Shown here: piece after piece, positions 21,167 to 32,068 of the stretch
How positions within the stretch are numbered: position 1 is the stretch's first letter
Layout: every line of letters starts with the position of its first letter
NCBI RefSeq assembly: GCF_000142905.1
Contig: NW_013657670.1
Coordinates: 335,498-399,497 of the forward strand
Source: Thecamonas trahens ATCC 50062
Lineage: Eukaryota > Protista > Apusomonadida
DNA: 64,000 bases
Reading direction: 5' to 3'
Made by a program: the position numbers and the translations under genes
Notes under the pieces: model-generated
What the model was told of the DNA's origin: nothing
What the model saw: the letters and a program-made list of their open reading frames with translations, nothing else
The model's database searches: none

Positions 21167-22709
21167 ATGTTTGCCCTCGAGCGCGACGAGCGCGAGGCGC
21201 GGGCAATTGAGCGGCGGCGTATGCTTGAGGAAGAGCGGCGGCAGCGGATCTTCAACCCAAAGGCTCGGACCATCGGCGTTGACGTTGCTGCGCTTGATGA
21301 GCAAGTGCGGATTAAGGAGGAGGCTGAGCGTGCTGCTGCTGAGCGCGAGGCGGCGTATGCTGCCGAGCAGGAACGGGTCCGCCGCCAGCTGCTCCAGCTC
21401 GAGGCTCAGGCGGCCGAGCAGCGGCGGGACGTTCTCCGCGAGCAAGAGGCCTACCGCCAGCGGTACCAGACCTATGACTCGCGCAAGGAATTTGACCTCA
21501 ATGACCCAGACTACCTCCGCAAAGACCTTCCAGCTCGTGTACGTATATGGTGTGTGTGTGTGTGGGTGGGGGGGGGGGGGGGGGGGTAGGGGTCGGTCCC
21601 GTACCGTTCGGTCCGGGTTCGGTCGACTTATATTNNNNNNNNNNNNNNNNNNNNNNNNNNNNNNNNNNNNNNNNNNNNNNNNNNNNNNNNNNNNNNNNNN
21701 NNNNNNNNNNNNNNNNNNNNNNNNNNNNNNNNNNGGGGGGGGGGGGGGGATTGGCCCACTTGCCGGTTGGCTGCCGTGAGCGGTTGGTTGGCCGTTTGCC
21801 TTCAAATTTAGCCGCTGCTGTGGGCGGGGGTGGACGGGGGAGCAGGGTAGGGTAGGGGGAAAGAGGGACCAGGGGGAGACTGACTGAGTACGTGTGTGTG
21901 TGTGTGGGATGTGTGTGTGTGTGCTTGGTGTGCTTGTTGTGTAGGTGGCTGATGATGACGAGCGACTCGGACCGGCGTCGCTGCAGAAGTTCGAGGGCGA
22001 GGACTTGACGGGCGAGGAGCGGCGGAAGGCGCAGCAGGAGCAGATGCGACGGTGGGTGGCGCTGCAACTGGCGCAAAAGAAGCAGAAGCAGCGCGAGGAG
22101 GAGGAAGCACAGCGGCTGTACGAGCTCCGGCAGCAAGAGATGACGCTGCGCGGGCTGGAGATGGAGGAGGCGCAGAACCGGACGCGGCGGGCGGTGCAGA
22201 CGGCGGTGAAGGACTACAATGCGGCGCTGGCGGCCGAGTGGGCCGAGCGCGAGCGGGCGCGCAAGCTAGCCGAGACCCGCGAGGGCCTGGAGGAGATCCA
22301 CAACAACCTCAACTCGGATCTGCTGTGCGAGAACCCGTACAAGGCTGCGGCAGCGTCGCAGCTGCCCGGGCGTGTGGTGGTCACCGAATTCAAGGGCCTC
22401 CTGCCGGAGGAGCGCGAGCGGATCCGGGCCATTCAGGCCGAGCAGGCTGAAGAGCGGGCACGGATCGAGGCAGCGCGCGCCGAGGAGGAGCGCCGTTGGG
22501 AGCTGCAGGCCGAGGCCAACCGGCGCGCGGCGCTGCGGCTCGAGGCCCAGAACCAGCGCGAGCGCCGCGCTGTCAACGAGCGGGTCTCGGGCGAGAACGC
22601 CCAGCTTGCCGCCGAGGCAAGGCAGCGCCAGGAGTTTATCAACAACAAGCTGTACACTAACCAGCCGACCCAAGCGTACTGGGACCAGTGGAACACGTCC
22701 ACGCGGTAG
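21167..22709 (+). CDS. RIB43A: RIB43A-like ciliary microtubule inner protein; join(21167..21538, 21945..22709)
   Basis: RRQRIFNPKARTIGVD, FDLNDPDYLRKDLPAR|VADDD..GPASLQKFEGEDL, and C-terminal YTNQPT..YW.QWNTSTR. Confidence 0.92.
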
Positions 22710-22735
22710 TAGGTGCAGAGCCCACACATGTCAAA

Positions 22736-24100
22736 TCAACAGCAGTTGTAGCAGCAGCACGGGAGCATGTGAGGGATGAGGCAGCAGCCATCGCACGCCG
22801 TCTGCGAGTGGTTGTATCCGATAGCAGCAGCGTGCGCCAGCCATGCGTCGACGCCGGCGCTGACATTGACGCCGGTCCACCACGGGGTGTCGGTTGACGA
22901 CGAGGCCGAGAACGAGCGCGACGAGATCGCGGATGAGGCGGCTGAGCCCAACGACGGCGACGAGGTTGACGGCGAGCGGGCGCGCGATGACTTGCGCCGG
23001 CGGCCACGGCGCTTGACAGGTGTTGTCTCGCATGTAGTCGACGGATCAGATGATGTCGAAGACCACTGCGACGACGAGCCGCGCGGCGGCGGCCGCAGGA
23101 GAAGGTTGTTGGCGGTGAGATCGGTCCAGCGCTCGACGCCAAAGGTGTGGCGAGCCTGAGCGGTGAGCACGTTCCACACCTCTTCCTGGCGAGTGACCGA
23201 GTAAGTGGCGTCGTCGGAGCCAATCGAGGTGACAAAGCAGCAAGTCGGCATGTAGAATGCGCCCGAGGTGATGGCATCGGCACGGGCGAGGTTGATGGCC
23301 GGCTTGGCGCCGTCGCGGGCGCCCTTGAGCGTGCAAGGGCACATGAGGCACGCCAGGATCGACTGATGCTGCCAAAGCCCGGTCCGAATGACACCCGGGT
23401 GGGCCGAGGCGACTTGGATCGTGGAACCAAAGCCGAGCGCCTCGAAGCGGCGGGCGAGGGCCTGGGTGAGGAGGACGTTGCCAAACTTGGAGACCGAGTA
23501 CGCTCCCCACGGGGTGTATGCGTCGCCGCCGCGGTAGGCCGAGAGCAGATTGTCGATGTTGGGCACGCCGCCGTAGTGTGCTGTTGACGAGAGGTTGATG
23601 ATGCGCGGCGGAAAGCGGTTGAGGCGGTCGCTGGCGGTCTCGATCATGAGCGGAGCGAGGAGAAGGGTGAGGACAAAGTGGCCGAGAACATTCGTAGCCC
23701 ACTGCATCTCGACGCCAGCCGGAGTAGTGGCGTAGGGCGAGGCCATGATGCCGGCGTTGTTGATGAGGACATCGATGCGGTCCAGGTCGCGGAGGAGCTT
23801 GCGGGCGGCGTTGGCGACCGAGTCGAGATCGGCCAAGTCCACCACCCGAGCCTTGAGCGTGGTGCGATCGGTAGAGACCGAGGCGCATGACGCCTCACGA
23901 ATGTCCTTGATCGCCGCCTGAGCCTTGCTTCTGCTTCGAGCCAGAACGACCACCGTACCAAAGCCGAGTTTGGCCAGCGCCCGCGCCGTCGCCTTACCTA
24001 TTCCTGCGTTGCCGCCGGTCACGACAGCCACCCGTCCGGCGAGCTTCGTCTTGGCGGCATAGCATCCGCACGACCAACAGCAGGGGCCGTCACAGAACAT
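22736..24100 (-). CDS. Retinol dehydrogenase-like SDR with Cys-rich N- and C-termini
   Basis: VTGGNAGIG, DLADLDSV, LINNAGIM, NVLGHF, YSVSK and HPGVIRT. Confidence 0.85.
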   Translation of the reverse strand: MFCDGPCCWSCGCYAAKTKLAGRVAVVTGGNAGIGKATARALAKLGFGTVVVLARSRSKAQAAIKDIREASCASVSTDRTTLKARVVDLADLDSVANAARKLLRDLDRIDVLINNAGIMASPYATTPAGVEMQWATNVLGHFVLTLLLAPLMIETASDRLNRFPPRIINLSSTAHYGGVPNIDNLLSAYRGGDAYTPWGAYSVSKFGNVLLTQALARRFEALGFGSTIQVASAHPGVIRTGLWQHQSILACLMCPCTLKGARDGAKPAINLARADAITSGAFYMPTCCFVTSIGSDDATYSVTRQEEVWNVLTAQARHTFGVERWTDLTANNLLLRPPPRGSSSQWSSTSSDPSTTCETTPVKRRGRRRKSSRARSPSTSSPSLGSAASSAISSRSFSASSSTDTPWWTGVNVSAGVDAWLAHAAAIGYNHSQTACDGCCLIPHMLPCCCYNCC

Positions 24101-24352
24101 GGTCTCGTAGCTCGTGGAGTTGCGGTTGGATGTGGGTGGGTGGTGGAGGAGTGTGGAAGCGCGAGATGGGGGCTGGGTGTGCCGTGGGTGTGGGTGCGGG
24201 TGTGGGTGCGGGTGTGTCTGCGGGAGGCTACCGGCTGACATGACAGGCAGCTTGAGGAGCCGGGTTCAATGAACGAGACTTTGTCGAGGCGAGTCAAGGC
24301 GAATCAAGGCGCACATGCGCCCGCGTCTGTGAGTATGCGTAGGGGGGGGAGG

Positions 24353-25231
24353 TCATCGGATGCGAGGGCCACCGTTGGCGGCCAAGGCCACGGCGGATCG
24401 TGATTGGCGAAAGGCAGCAGCAGCCTCGATGGCAGAAGCAGACTGCTTGGCGCTGGCCCGGGCACGGTGCTCACGGCGGATAGCCCGCCTTTCCTGGTCG
24501 TCAGCAGCGGCGGACTCACGTGCAAGAGCCGAGGCGGACACAACGGTTGCGCGGTCGATGTCGTTGACAGAGAGCATGCCGCGGAGGAGCGAGGGCGAGG
24601 CTTGGAGCGGAGGCCGAGCCGGCGATGAGGCTGCGGGCGGCTGCGGCGGCTGACGATGCGGCGATCGCTTGCTGGACGACTTGCGGGACCGCTTGCGACG
24701 GCGGCGGCGTTTGCCGGAGCCGGATGTCCGCGACGGCTTGCTTGCCGTTTGCCGGACCTCGCCGTCCATGAGCCGACGCAGGGAGGAGGCGCGGGCGTAG
24801 AGGCGGGCGCGGGCGGCGGCCTTCTCCTCATGCTCGCGGGCGCGGCGATCTCTTCGGAAAACGGAACGCGCGCGGAGCTTGCGGAGCGCCTCTTGCTTCC
24901 GGGCGAGATTGGCGGCAAGCTGGCGATTGGCGACGGGCGAGTTGTCGAGCGGCGGGGCGAGGCGCTTGTGGTTGCCAGCCGCGTAGCAGGCGATGCAGAC
25001 GTGGAGAATAGAGTCCTGCGTGATGCGGAAGCGGTTCTTGAGGCGGGTGCAGCAGACGGCACAGATGAAGCAGTGCGGATGTAGGACGGCACCGGCAGCA
25101 AGAACAGCCGGTGACGGCGAGGGAAAGTACACGCCGCATCGGGCGCAGACGTCGTCGTCCGACGCCACCACCTGCCGAGCTTCGCCAAAAGTCAGCGCTC
25201 CTGTAGCGATGCTGAAGCCCTTTCCTGCCAT
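24353..25231 (-). CDS. LIM-domain protein with basic low-complexity C-terminus
   Basis: CARC...HPHCFICAVC...CIACY LIM pattern. Confidence 0.7.
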   Translation of the reverse strand: MAGKGFSIATGALTFGEARQVVASDDDVCARCGVYFPSPSPAVLAAGAVLHPHCFICAVCCTRLKNRFRITQDSILHVCIACYAAGNHKRLAPPLDNSPVANRQLAANLARKQEALRKLRARSVFRRDRRAREHEEKAAARARLYARASSLRRLMDGEVRQTASKPSRTSGSGKRRRRRKRSRKSSSKRSPHRQPPQPPAASSPARPPLQASPSLLRGMLSVNDIDRATVVSASALARESAAADDQERRAIRREHRARASAKQSASAIEAAAAFRQSRSAVALAANGGPRIR

Positions 25232-25462
25232 ACCCCACGCGGGCTGGGGAGGGGTGGAGGCTACTTGGTGTGGGACGAGAGAAGTGCGTGTGCGTGTGTA
25301 GAGGGGGGGGGGATCTGGTTACGACTTCCTCACCCACTCACGCACACCCACACACAGTCGTCACCGTCACGACCGTCACCACCACCATCACTATCACTCC
25401 ACTCTCGCTCGACCCAACCCGAGCTATCTCTCTTCCTGGCTTTCGGGCAATCAACAGAGTCT

Positions 25463-26722
25463 ATGCTGCCGCAGGTGAGACAGCGGGCTGGTGGAGGCAG
25501 TCGAGGTGGAGGCGGGAGACGGAGCTACACACGCTGGGCATCGTCGTCATCGCAGTCGTCCCGATCGTCGTCATGCTCGGTTGCTACAGCTTTGATGGTC
25601 CTTGCGGCCGGTGTGGTTGTGGCGGTCATATTTTCGTTGTACTTGCTAGACTCGGCGCTGGATCGATCTGCGAGTGGGGCTGGTGCGGGTGCGGGGAAGA
25701 TGCGGGGTGCTCGAAGCCGAAAGCTTGGCGATGACGGCGCTGAGCCCGGGCCTGGTGTACCGAGCGACTCGGAGATTGCTGCCCGGGGAGTCGCGGACGA
25801 TGATAATGTGGCTGTGGGTGGCGATGAGTTGCCGGGCAGCATCGCCGGTGGTGATGCTGGTGGTGGCGACAACAACGACGAGAGCGGCGAGGCCAAGTTC
25901 CACTACTTTACCTACGCCACCCACCGTGGCTCGGACGATCTGTTTTGCAAGGCGCTGAGCTCGGCATGGCACGCAAGAGTGCCGCTCCAGATCCTGGGCT
26001 GGGGCACGCGGTGGACCGGGCTCGCCGACAAGCTCAAGGGCGTGCAGCTCGCGCTGGAAGCCCTTCCGCCGCACGACATCTTTGTCTTTGTCGACGCGTA
26101 CGATGTGCTGTTTGTCGAGAATGTCGACGTTCTTCAGGAGGCGTACGTGGCGGCGATGGCGCAGTACGCCCGCGAGGCTGATCTGGGCGATGTGGTGCTC
26201 TTTGCCGGCGAGCGTGGGTGCTGGCCGTACATGGATGGGCGACCCGAGGGCAAGGAGCTGTGTGAAGTTGTCTATCCGACCTCGCCCACTCCGTACCGGT
26301 ATGTCAATTCGGGCATGTGGGCTGGGACTGTGCGCAGCGCGCAGCGGCTAATGGCGCTGGTTGCGGACGTGCTTGCTGCCGCGCCGGACGGGGCCAACGA
26401 CCAGGAGATCATCTCCGATCTGTACCTTGCGCGGATTCCGGGCGTCACCGACTCGCCGATTGTGCTTGACACCGCGACGTGGCTTTTTATGTGCCTCCAT
26501 CTCTCGCAGACTGATCTACACAACGACTTGACCAACAAGTTGACTGGTCACAAGCCGGCCATCCTTCACTTCAACGGCGGCTCCAAGCCGAGCATGCGCT
26601 CGATTGCCAGCGCACTTCCGACTCCGCGCTCAGAAGCGCCCGAGTTTGATCTCGCCTCCATCGCCGCGGACGGCGGCCTGGAGCTCACCCGCGCCTCCCT
26701 GGCTGACCTCTGCAGGCCGTAG
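25463..26722 (+). CDS. Type II membrane glycosyltransferase, PLOD/LH3 GT-domain-like
   Basis: N-terminal TM; VFVDAYDVLF (DxD), FAGERGCWP, YRYVNSGMWAG, NDQ and PAILHFNG. Confidence 0.82.
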   Translation: MLPQVRQRAGGGSRGGGGRRSYTRWASSSSQSSRSSSCSVATALMVLAAGVVVAVIFSLYLLDSALDRSASGAGAGAGKMRGARSRKLGDDGAEPGPGVPSDSEIAARGVADDDNVAVGGDELPGSIAGGDAGGGDNNDESGEAKFHYFTYATHRGSDDLFCKALSSAWHARVPLQILGWGTRWTGLADKLKGVQLALEALPPHDIFVFVDAYDVLFVENVDVLQEAYVAAMAQYAREADLGDVVLFAGERGCWPYMDGRPEGKELCEVVYPTSPTPYRYVNSGMWAGTVRSAQRLMALVADVLAAAPDGANDQEIISDLYLARIPGVTDSPIVLDTATWLFMCLHLSQTDLHNDLTNKLTGHKPAILHFNGGSKPSMRSIASALPTPRSEAPEFDLASIAADGGLELTRASLADLCRP

Positions 26723-27030
26723 TGTAGCGCTTGGTCGCCGCCGCGGGCTTGGAGTTTGGAAGTTGACATCGACGCTATCGGCTTGTTGCGGCAAGGCCCA
26801 CCAAGTGCACACAACTTGTCCGAGCTCTTCTTTGTGCTGGTGGCGGCGCACACATGGGTCTACGAGGTAGCAGGTGTGCTTGACAGGTCCGGTGCGGCAA
26901 AGGCGGGCACAAATTGGCTTTGCACCAACGATTGTTGAATCCGCATGGATGATATTGTTCCGTTTTGTCGAGTCGCCAGTTTGCAGAGCCACTCCCTCGC
27001 TGCGGGAAACCACTCCTCGCGGCAGTTGTC

Positions 27031-27572
27031 ATGGCGACCGAGTCTATTTCGCTCAACGACTACGTTCTCCTTGACAACCTTGCTTCGGGTTCTTCGGGTA
27101 CCGTCTACACATGCGTGCGCAAGGATGTATGTTCCGTCTCTCAGTGCGCACAGCTGCTAGATATGATTCCAGAGCGGGAAATGGGGGGAGGGGGGAAGGC
27201 TAGCCGAACGATATGAGGACGTTTGGCTGGAGGCCATGCGGGTGTGTCAGCAACGGAGCAGTTTTTGAAAACCCTTGCGGGTGTTCTGTGCGTCACGCGG
27301 GGAGTGGGGAAGGGCATGGCTATGTGCGGAAGGGCACTCACACACTGTGGAAATGGGCATGGGCTGGTGGTTGCGAGGGGTTAGGATCCCCATGGTCGGG
27401 TCATGGCCATCAAGATCGTCGATATGTCCGAGTTCAAGCTCAAGGATGTGCAGGTACGCTTGGCTGGCTGGTTGTTCGGTGCGGGCAAGGTTGGAGGGGG
27501 AGGGTGGGAGGGTAGGAGGGGGCGTGTGAGTGTGCGGATGGGATGATAAGTATCACTTATGTGTGGAATATG

Positions 27573-27621
<49 letters not shown>

Positions 27622-28866
27622 GTGTGTGTGTGTGGGGACGCGGGGGGTCGCTGTGAGTAGCATGCGATGGCCGAAGTGACGGCCATGTCGACACTCCAGC
27701 ATCCGAACATCATCGAGTACATCGAGTCGTTTGTGGATGACTCGAACTTGGTGATTGTGATGGAGTATGCGCCGTCGGGGGATCTGGAGTCGGTCATCAA
27801 GTCGCACCGGCGGATCCGCGAGTACATCGACGAGGACATGGTGCTCTCGATTTTCATCCAGCTTGCCGACGCACTGGCATATGCACACGAGATGAAAATC
27901 CTTCACCGCGATGTCAAGACGCAGAACGTATTCATGTTTGGCGAGCGGTGCAAGCTGGGCGACTTTGGACTGACGACGATCCTGTCGACAACGCAAGCGG
28001 TGGCCTTTACACGACTTGGGACACCGTACTACATGTCGCCGGAAGTCTGCCGTGGCGTGCCGTACTCTGACAAGAACGATGTGTGGTCGCTCGGGTGCCT
28101 GCTCTACAAGCTCTGCTCGCTGCGCAACGCGTTCAACGGTGAGTCCCTCAAGGGTCTGCTGGAGGCAATCTGCCGCGAGCCGACGCCCAAGCCACCGTCG
28201 CGGTACTCGCGTGAGCTGCGGTCGCTCATCAAGCTCATGCTCAAGAAGGACGTTGACTCGCGGCCGACGATGAAGCAGATCCTGGAGCTGCCGTTCATCC
28301 AGGAGACCCGGGCGCGGCTCGAAGGCGCGGCGCCTTCGCTCGAGGCTGCCCTTGACGCCTCGGACTCGAACTCTGTCTCGTCGACCTCATCGCAGTCGGG
28401 CGCCGGTGCCTTGTCGTATGGAAACACCGGGCGCAAGAAGGCCGGTGATGGCATCGGCGCCGTCTCGTACGGCGGCGAGCAGGCGTACGCCGTTCTCGAG
28501 AAGCGCATGGAGGCCATGAAGATGGAGTCGATGGCCGACGGCGACGCCAAGGCCAAGTCCAAGGCCAAGTCCAAGGAAAAGTCCAAGTCCAAGGAGAAGT
28601 CCAAGACCAAGGACAAAGACAAGGACAAGTCCAAAGCCAAGGGCAAGTCCAAGTCCAAGGACAAGTCCAAGTCCAAGTCCAAGTCCAAGTCCAAGGCCAA
28701 GTCCAAGGCCAAGGATGGCTCCGATTCGGCTTCCTACGATGAAGCCGGCAAGAAGCCTGATGCCAAGGCTCTTCGCAAGCATCATAAGGAGGGTCTCGCT
28801 GAGCTCCGTGAGCTCTACCTCAAGTCTAAGCAGGAGAAGGGAGGCAGCGGCGCCGACGAGTACTGA
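27031..28866 (+). CDS. NIMA-related (NEK) kinase; join(27031..27126, 27385..27453, 27661..28866)
   Basis: LASGSSG, MAIKIV, LQHPNII, HRDVKTQNVF, KLGDFG and GTPYYMSPE; phase-0 introns; Lys/Ser-rich tail. Confidence 0.9.
27576..27633. repeat. (TG)n microsatellite in an intron; similar tracts near 45007, 48845 and 56796
   Basis: Directly visible dinucleotide run. Confidence 0.9.
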
Positions 28867-29628
28867 TGAGCCGAAGGCGATACGACTCTACGACTCTACG
28901 ACTCTACTCTCGGTGGCGATGCCATGCGCTTATCCTCTCTTTGCCAAGCTGTTGGTGATGAATCCTACTTTATGGTTTAAATGGATTCGAATTGAAGTGT
29001 GGGTGTATCGGTGAAGTTTGTGCATGGAGGGGGGGGAGGGGGGGGGAGGGCGGGGGCGGAGTCCCGACGGCTTGGGTTTGGGCCTGGGACACGTACACCT
29101 CCCTCTCCTTCCCTCCTTCCCTCTCCTCTTTAACTCTCTCTCTCTCTCTCTCCCAGGCGGGANNNNNNNNNNNNNNNNNNNNNNNNNNNNNNNNNNNNNN
29201 NNNNNNNNNNNNNNNNNNNNNNNNNNNNNNNNNNNNNNNNNNNNNNNNNNNNNNNNNNNNNNNNNNNNNNNNNNNNNNNNNNNNNNNNNNNNNNNNNNNN
29301 NNNNNNNNNNNNNNNNNNNNNNNNNNNNNNNNNNNNNNNNNNNNNNNNNNNNNNNNNNNNNNNNNNNNNNNNNNNNNNNNNNNNNNNNNNNNNNNNNNNN
29401 NNNNNNNNNNNNNNNNNNNNNNNNNNNNNNNNNNNNNNNNNNNNNNNNNNNNNNNNNNNNNNNNNNNNNNNNNNNNNNNNNNNNNNNNNNNNNNNNNNNN
29501 NNNNNNNNNNNNNNNNNNNNNNNNNNNNNNNNNNNNNNNNNNNNNNNNNNNNNNNNNNNNNNNNNNNNNNNNNNNNNNNNNNNNNNNCCAACCGTTCCGT
29601 ACCCACCACCCCCCCCCCCCACTTCATC

Positions 29629-30126
29629 ATGCTCTGTCTGTGGTCATCATCGCGGCTGTTGGGTGTGGCGTGCCGGGGCGTGAGCACAGTCGGCTCGCAG
29701 GTGGTGTGGCGGACTCTGGCGCACCGACCGCCATTCCTTCTGGTCGATGCAGTGGAGGAGCACGAGATTGGTGTGGCACTGCGCGGAGTCAAGCACGTGG
29801 TGGCTAGCGACGTCGAGGATGGAGCCGGCGCTGGAGTGCTGTCGGCTGCCAAGACGCTGGAAGGCGCCGGGCAGAGTGCGTGCATCCTGGTCAAGCACAT
29901 CGACGGGCTCGAGGACTCGCTTCCAGTCTTTGCGGGCTTCCAGAACATCGTCTACCATCCGAATGGTAAGCTGCCGCCGCTTGGCTCGACAGTTGTCTAT
30001 GACATTGTCCTGGAGACTATCAAGGGTGCCCGGTTCGGCCTAGTCTCGGCCACCGTCACCGACGCCGCCGATCCGGCCACGGTCTACCTCTCGGGCCAGC
30101 TCCAGTTTGGGTTTCTCCGGACGTGA
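29629..30126 (+). CDS. FabZ-like hot-dog fold protein (3-hydroxyacyl-ACP dehydratase family)
   Basis: LAHRPPFLLVDAV (FabZ LPHRYPFLLVD) and LEGAGQ (xEAMAQ). 5' end lies next to a gap. Confidence 0.7.
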   Translation: MLCLWSSSRLLGVACRGVSTVGSQVVWRTLAHRPPFLLVDAVEEHEIGVALRGVKHVVASDVEDGAGAGVLSAAKTLEGAGQSACILVKHIDGLEDSLPVFAGFQNIVYHPNGKLPPLGSTVVYDIVLETIKGARFGLVSATVTDAADPATVYLSGQLQFGFLRT

Positions 30127-30142
30127 TATGTAATGGAAGCAG

Positions 30143-31273
30143 CTACATGGGCGGCTCCTTGCGCTTGCGGCTAGGTCCGCTCGCTCTGGTCGGCGGTGCC
30201 GGATGGCTGTGGTGTCGTGCGTACGAGACATCGACGACAACGGCGGAGGCCTCGAGCGCGCCGCTGATCCGCAGGCGCCAGCGTGCGGTCTTGGACGCCG
30301 GGCAGGCAGTCTCTGCAGTGCTGCTGGCGCAGACAAACTCGAGCGGTGGTAGCGTGCGCGCCACGACGTTGGCAAAGAACCGCTGCGGGGAGTGCGACGG
30401 CGGGGCCGGAGCTGCGAGCGCGTCGGTCAGTGCGCTGCGCAGAAAGGGCGCGTCGGCGGCATCAAGCAGCATCTGCAACGCCACCGGCTTCCAGCCGTAG
30501 CCATCGCTGGTGCTGTTTGCAAGGTACTGCGCAACCATGGAGCGGATCATCCGCTCAAGGGCAGCCGCGGCGGTCTCGAGTCTCGCGGCGGCAGCTGAGC
30601 CGGACCAGGCGGCGGCGGCGGCGGCTGGCGGAAGATCGCCAGGGCTGGCGGCGAGCGGATTGCTGCCCGGCGCGCTCTCGGCAGCCTCGTTGTCTGCCGA
30701 CGGCATGTCGAATCGCGACGGGCGGCGGGTCCGCGCCAGGCGATCAGCAAGAGTTGTCGGCGGATGGGTGTGCTCTCCGCGGTGCTTCTCGACGACCTCG
30801 AGGTTCTCGCCGGCGGGCGATCGGCTGAGCACGTCGACTGTCTTCTTGGCCGGACATCCCGGGTGGGTGCACCGGTAGTACGAGCGGGGATATGGCCTGC
30901 TTGTCACGGTCTTCTCGCCGTACTTGCGCCAGTAGTGCTGTGCGGTGCCGTCGCCGGCTTTCTCACCATCGTCACCGCCTCCGCCGGTCTCCTCCTCCCT
31001 GACCTCCTCCTTTCCTCCGGAACTGTGCCGAGTCGGACTCGCCGCATCTTTCGCCGGCTGCGTGACTACGGGCGGGATCCAGTTGTTGCGGACAATGTCA
31101 AAGACCAAGCCTGTGCCCTCCCCGCCCGGCCCAGACCCTGCCGAACTCCGCTTCCGCCGGCATGGCTTCTTCCGTCGCGGACGCGGACCAGAAACGACAA
31201 CCGGTGGCGGGAGTGCAAGGACAACCGGGCCGGGTGGGTGAGTGGCAGCTACTATTGATGCTGTGGTGCCCAT
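30143..31273 (-). CDS. WRKY-domain transcription factor (one intact and one degenerate domain)
   Basis: WRKYGEK...YPRSYYRCTHPGCPAKKTV...HRGEHTH; basic NLS RPRRKKPCRRKR; ATG 31273. Confidence 0.9.
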   Translation of the reverse strand: MGTTASIVAATHPPGPVVLALPPPVVVSGPRPRRKKPCRRKRSSAGSGPGGEGTGLVFDIVRNNWIPPVVTQPAKDAASPTRHSSGGKEEVREEETGGGGDDGEKAGDGTAQHYWRKYGEKTVTSRPYPRSYYRCTHPGCPAKKTVDVLSRSPAGENLEVVEKHRGEHTHPPTTLADRLARTRRPSRFDMPSADNEAAESAPGSNPLAASPGDLPPAAAAAAWSGSAAAARLETAAAALERMIRSMVAQYLANSTSDGYGWKPVALQMLLDAADAPFLRSALTDALAAPAPPSHSPQRFFANVVARTLPPLEFVCASSTAETACPASKTARWRLRISGALEASAVVVDVSYARHHSHPAPPTRASGPSRKRKEPPM

Positions 31274-31660
31274 GGGTGGAAGTGGGGTGGGAGGGGGAGG
31301 GGGGGGGGGGAGGTGGTGGTCATCGTGATCGTGATCGTGATCGCGATCGCGATCGAGTTCGGGATTGTGGTGGAAGTGGAAGGTTGGGGATGGTGGAGGG
31401 GAGGGATGGAGAGGCGGTTTGGGTAAAGAGCATGAGTCGGGGTAGAGGATCGATCGCACAGGGTGTACGGCCGAGCAGGTTGCTGGCAGGTGATGGACGG
31501 ACGGTGTTCGGGCAGGGTGGGCGGTGGATGATGTTCGGGCGGGCGGGCGGGCGGTTGGTCTGTTTGGCGCGGTTGGGCGCCGCTGGCGTGACCAGGGGAT
31601 AGCCATTGGAGGGCAAAGGCCTTTCTCCGGACTGGACCAGAGGGGGCAGAGGGACCAAGT

Positions 31661-32068
31661 ATGAACACGTCGTCGCCGTCGTTGGGACCTGGAGCGGCAG
31701 GCGGAGGCGAGGAGGGCGCAGAGAACACGTACGACATCCTCCCGCGGCACAAGTTCAAGCAGCGGGTGGCCAAGGCCATCATCGCCGAGGTTCTGGACGA
31801 GATGCTCAAGGGCGAGGCGTACCACCCGGAGCAATCGTCGCGGCTGGCCCGCGAGGTGTCGGACGAGATCAAGCACAGGCTCAAGGGCCTCGACCTGCCG
31901 CGGTATAAGTTTGCTGTCCAGGTCGTCATCGGCCAGCAGCACGGCCAGGGCGTCCGCATGGCCGGCCGCTGCCTCTGGGACGCAGACACCGACAACTCGG
32001 CCCAGGAGGTCTACGTCAACGAGTCGCTCTTTTGTGTCGCAGCTGCCTTTGCTGTCTACCTCTACTGA
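31661..32068 (+). CDS. TCTEX1D2: Tctex1-domain dynein-2 light chain
   Basis: ENTY...RYKFAVQVVIGQQHGQGVRMAGRCLWDADTDN...LFCVAAAFAVYLY. Confidence 0.88.
   Translation: MNTSSPSLGPGAAGGGEEGAENTYDILPRHKFKQRVAKAIIAEVLDEMLKGEAYHPEQSSRLAREVSDEIKHRLKGLDLPRYKFAVQVVIGQQHGQGVRMAGRCLWDADTDNSAQEVYVNESLFCVAAAFAVYLY

Noticed and set aside
21590-21634. ggttcg-rich stretch resembling a tRNA T-loop
   Set aside because: No cloverleaf; low-quality sequence at a gap edge.
28545-28712. Lys-Ser/Ala hexamer repeats shared by the NEK tail and the MRH receptor tail
   Set aside because: Simple aagNcc slippage explains them; no evidence of common origin.
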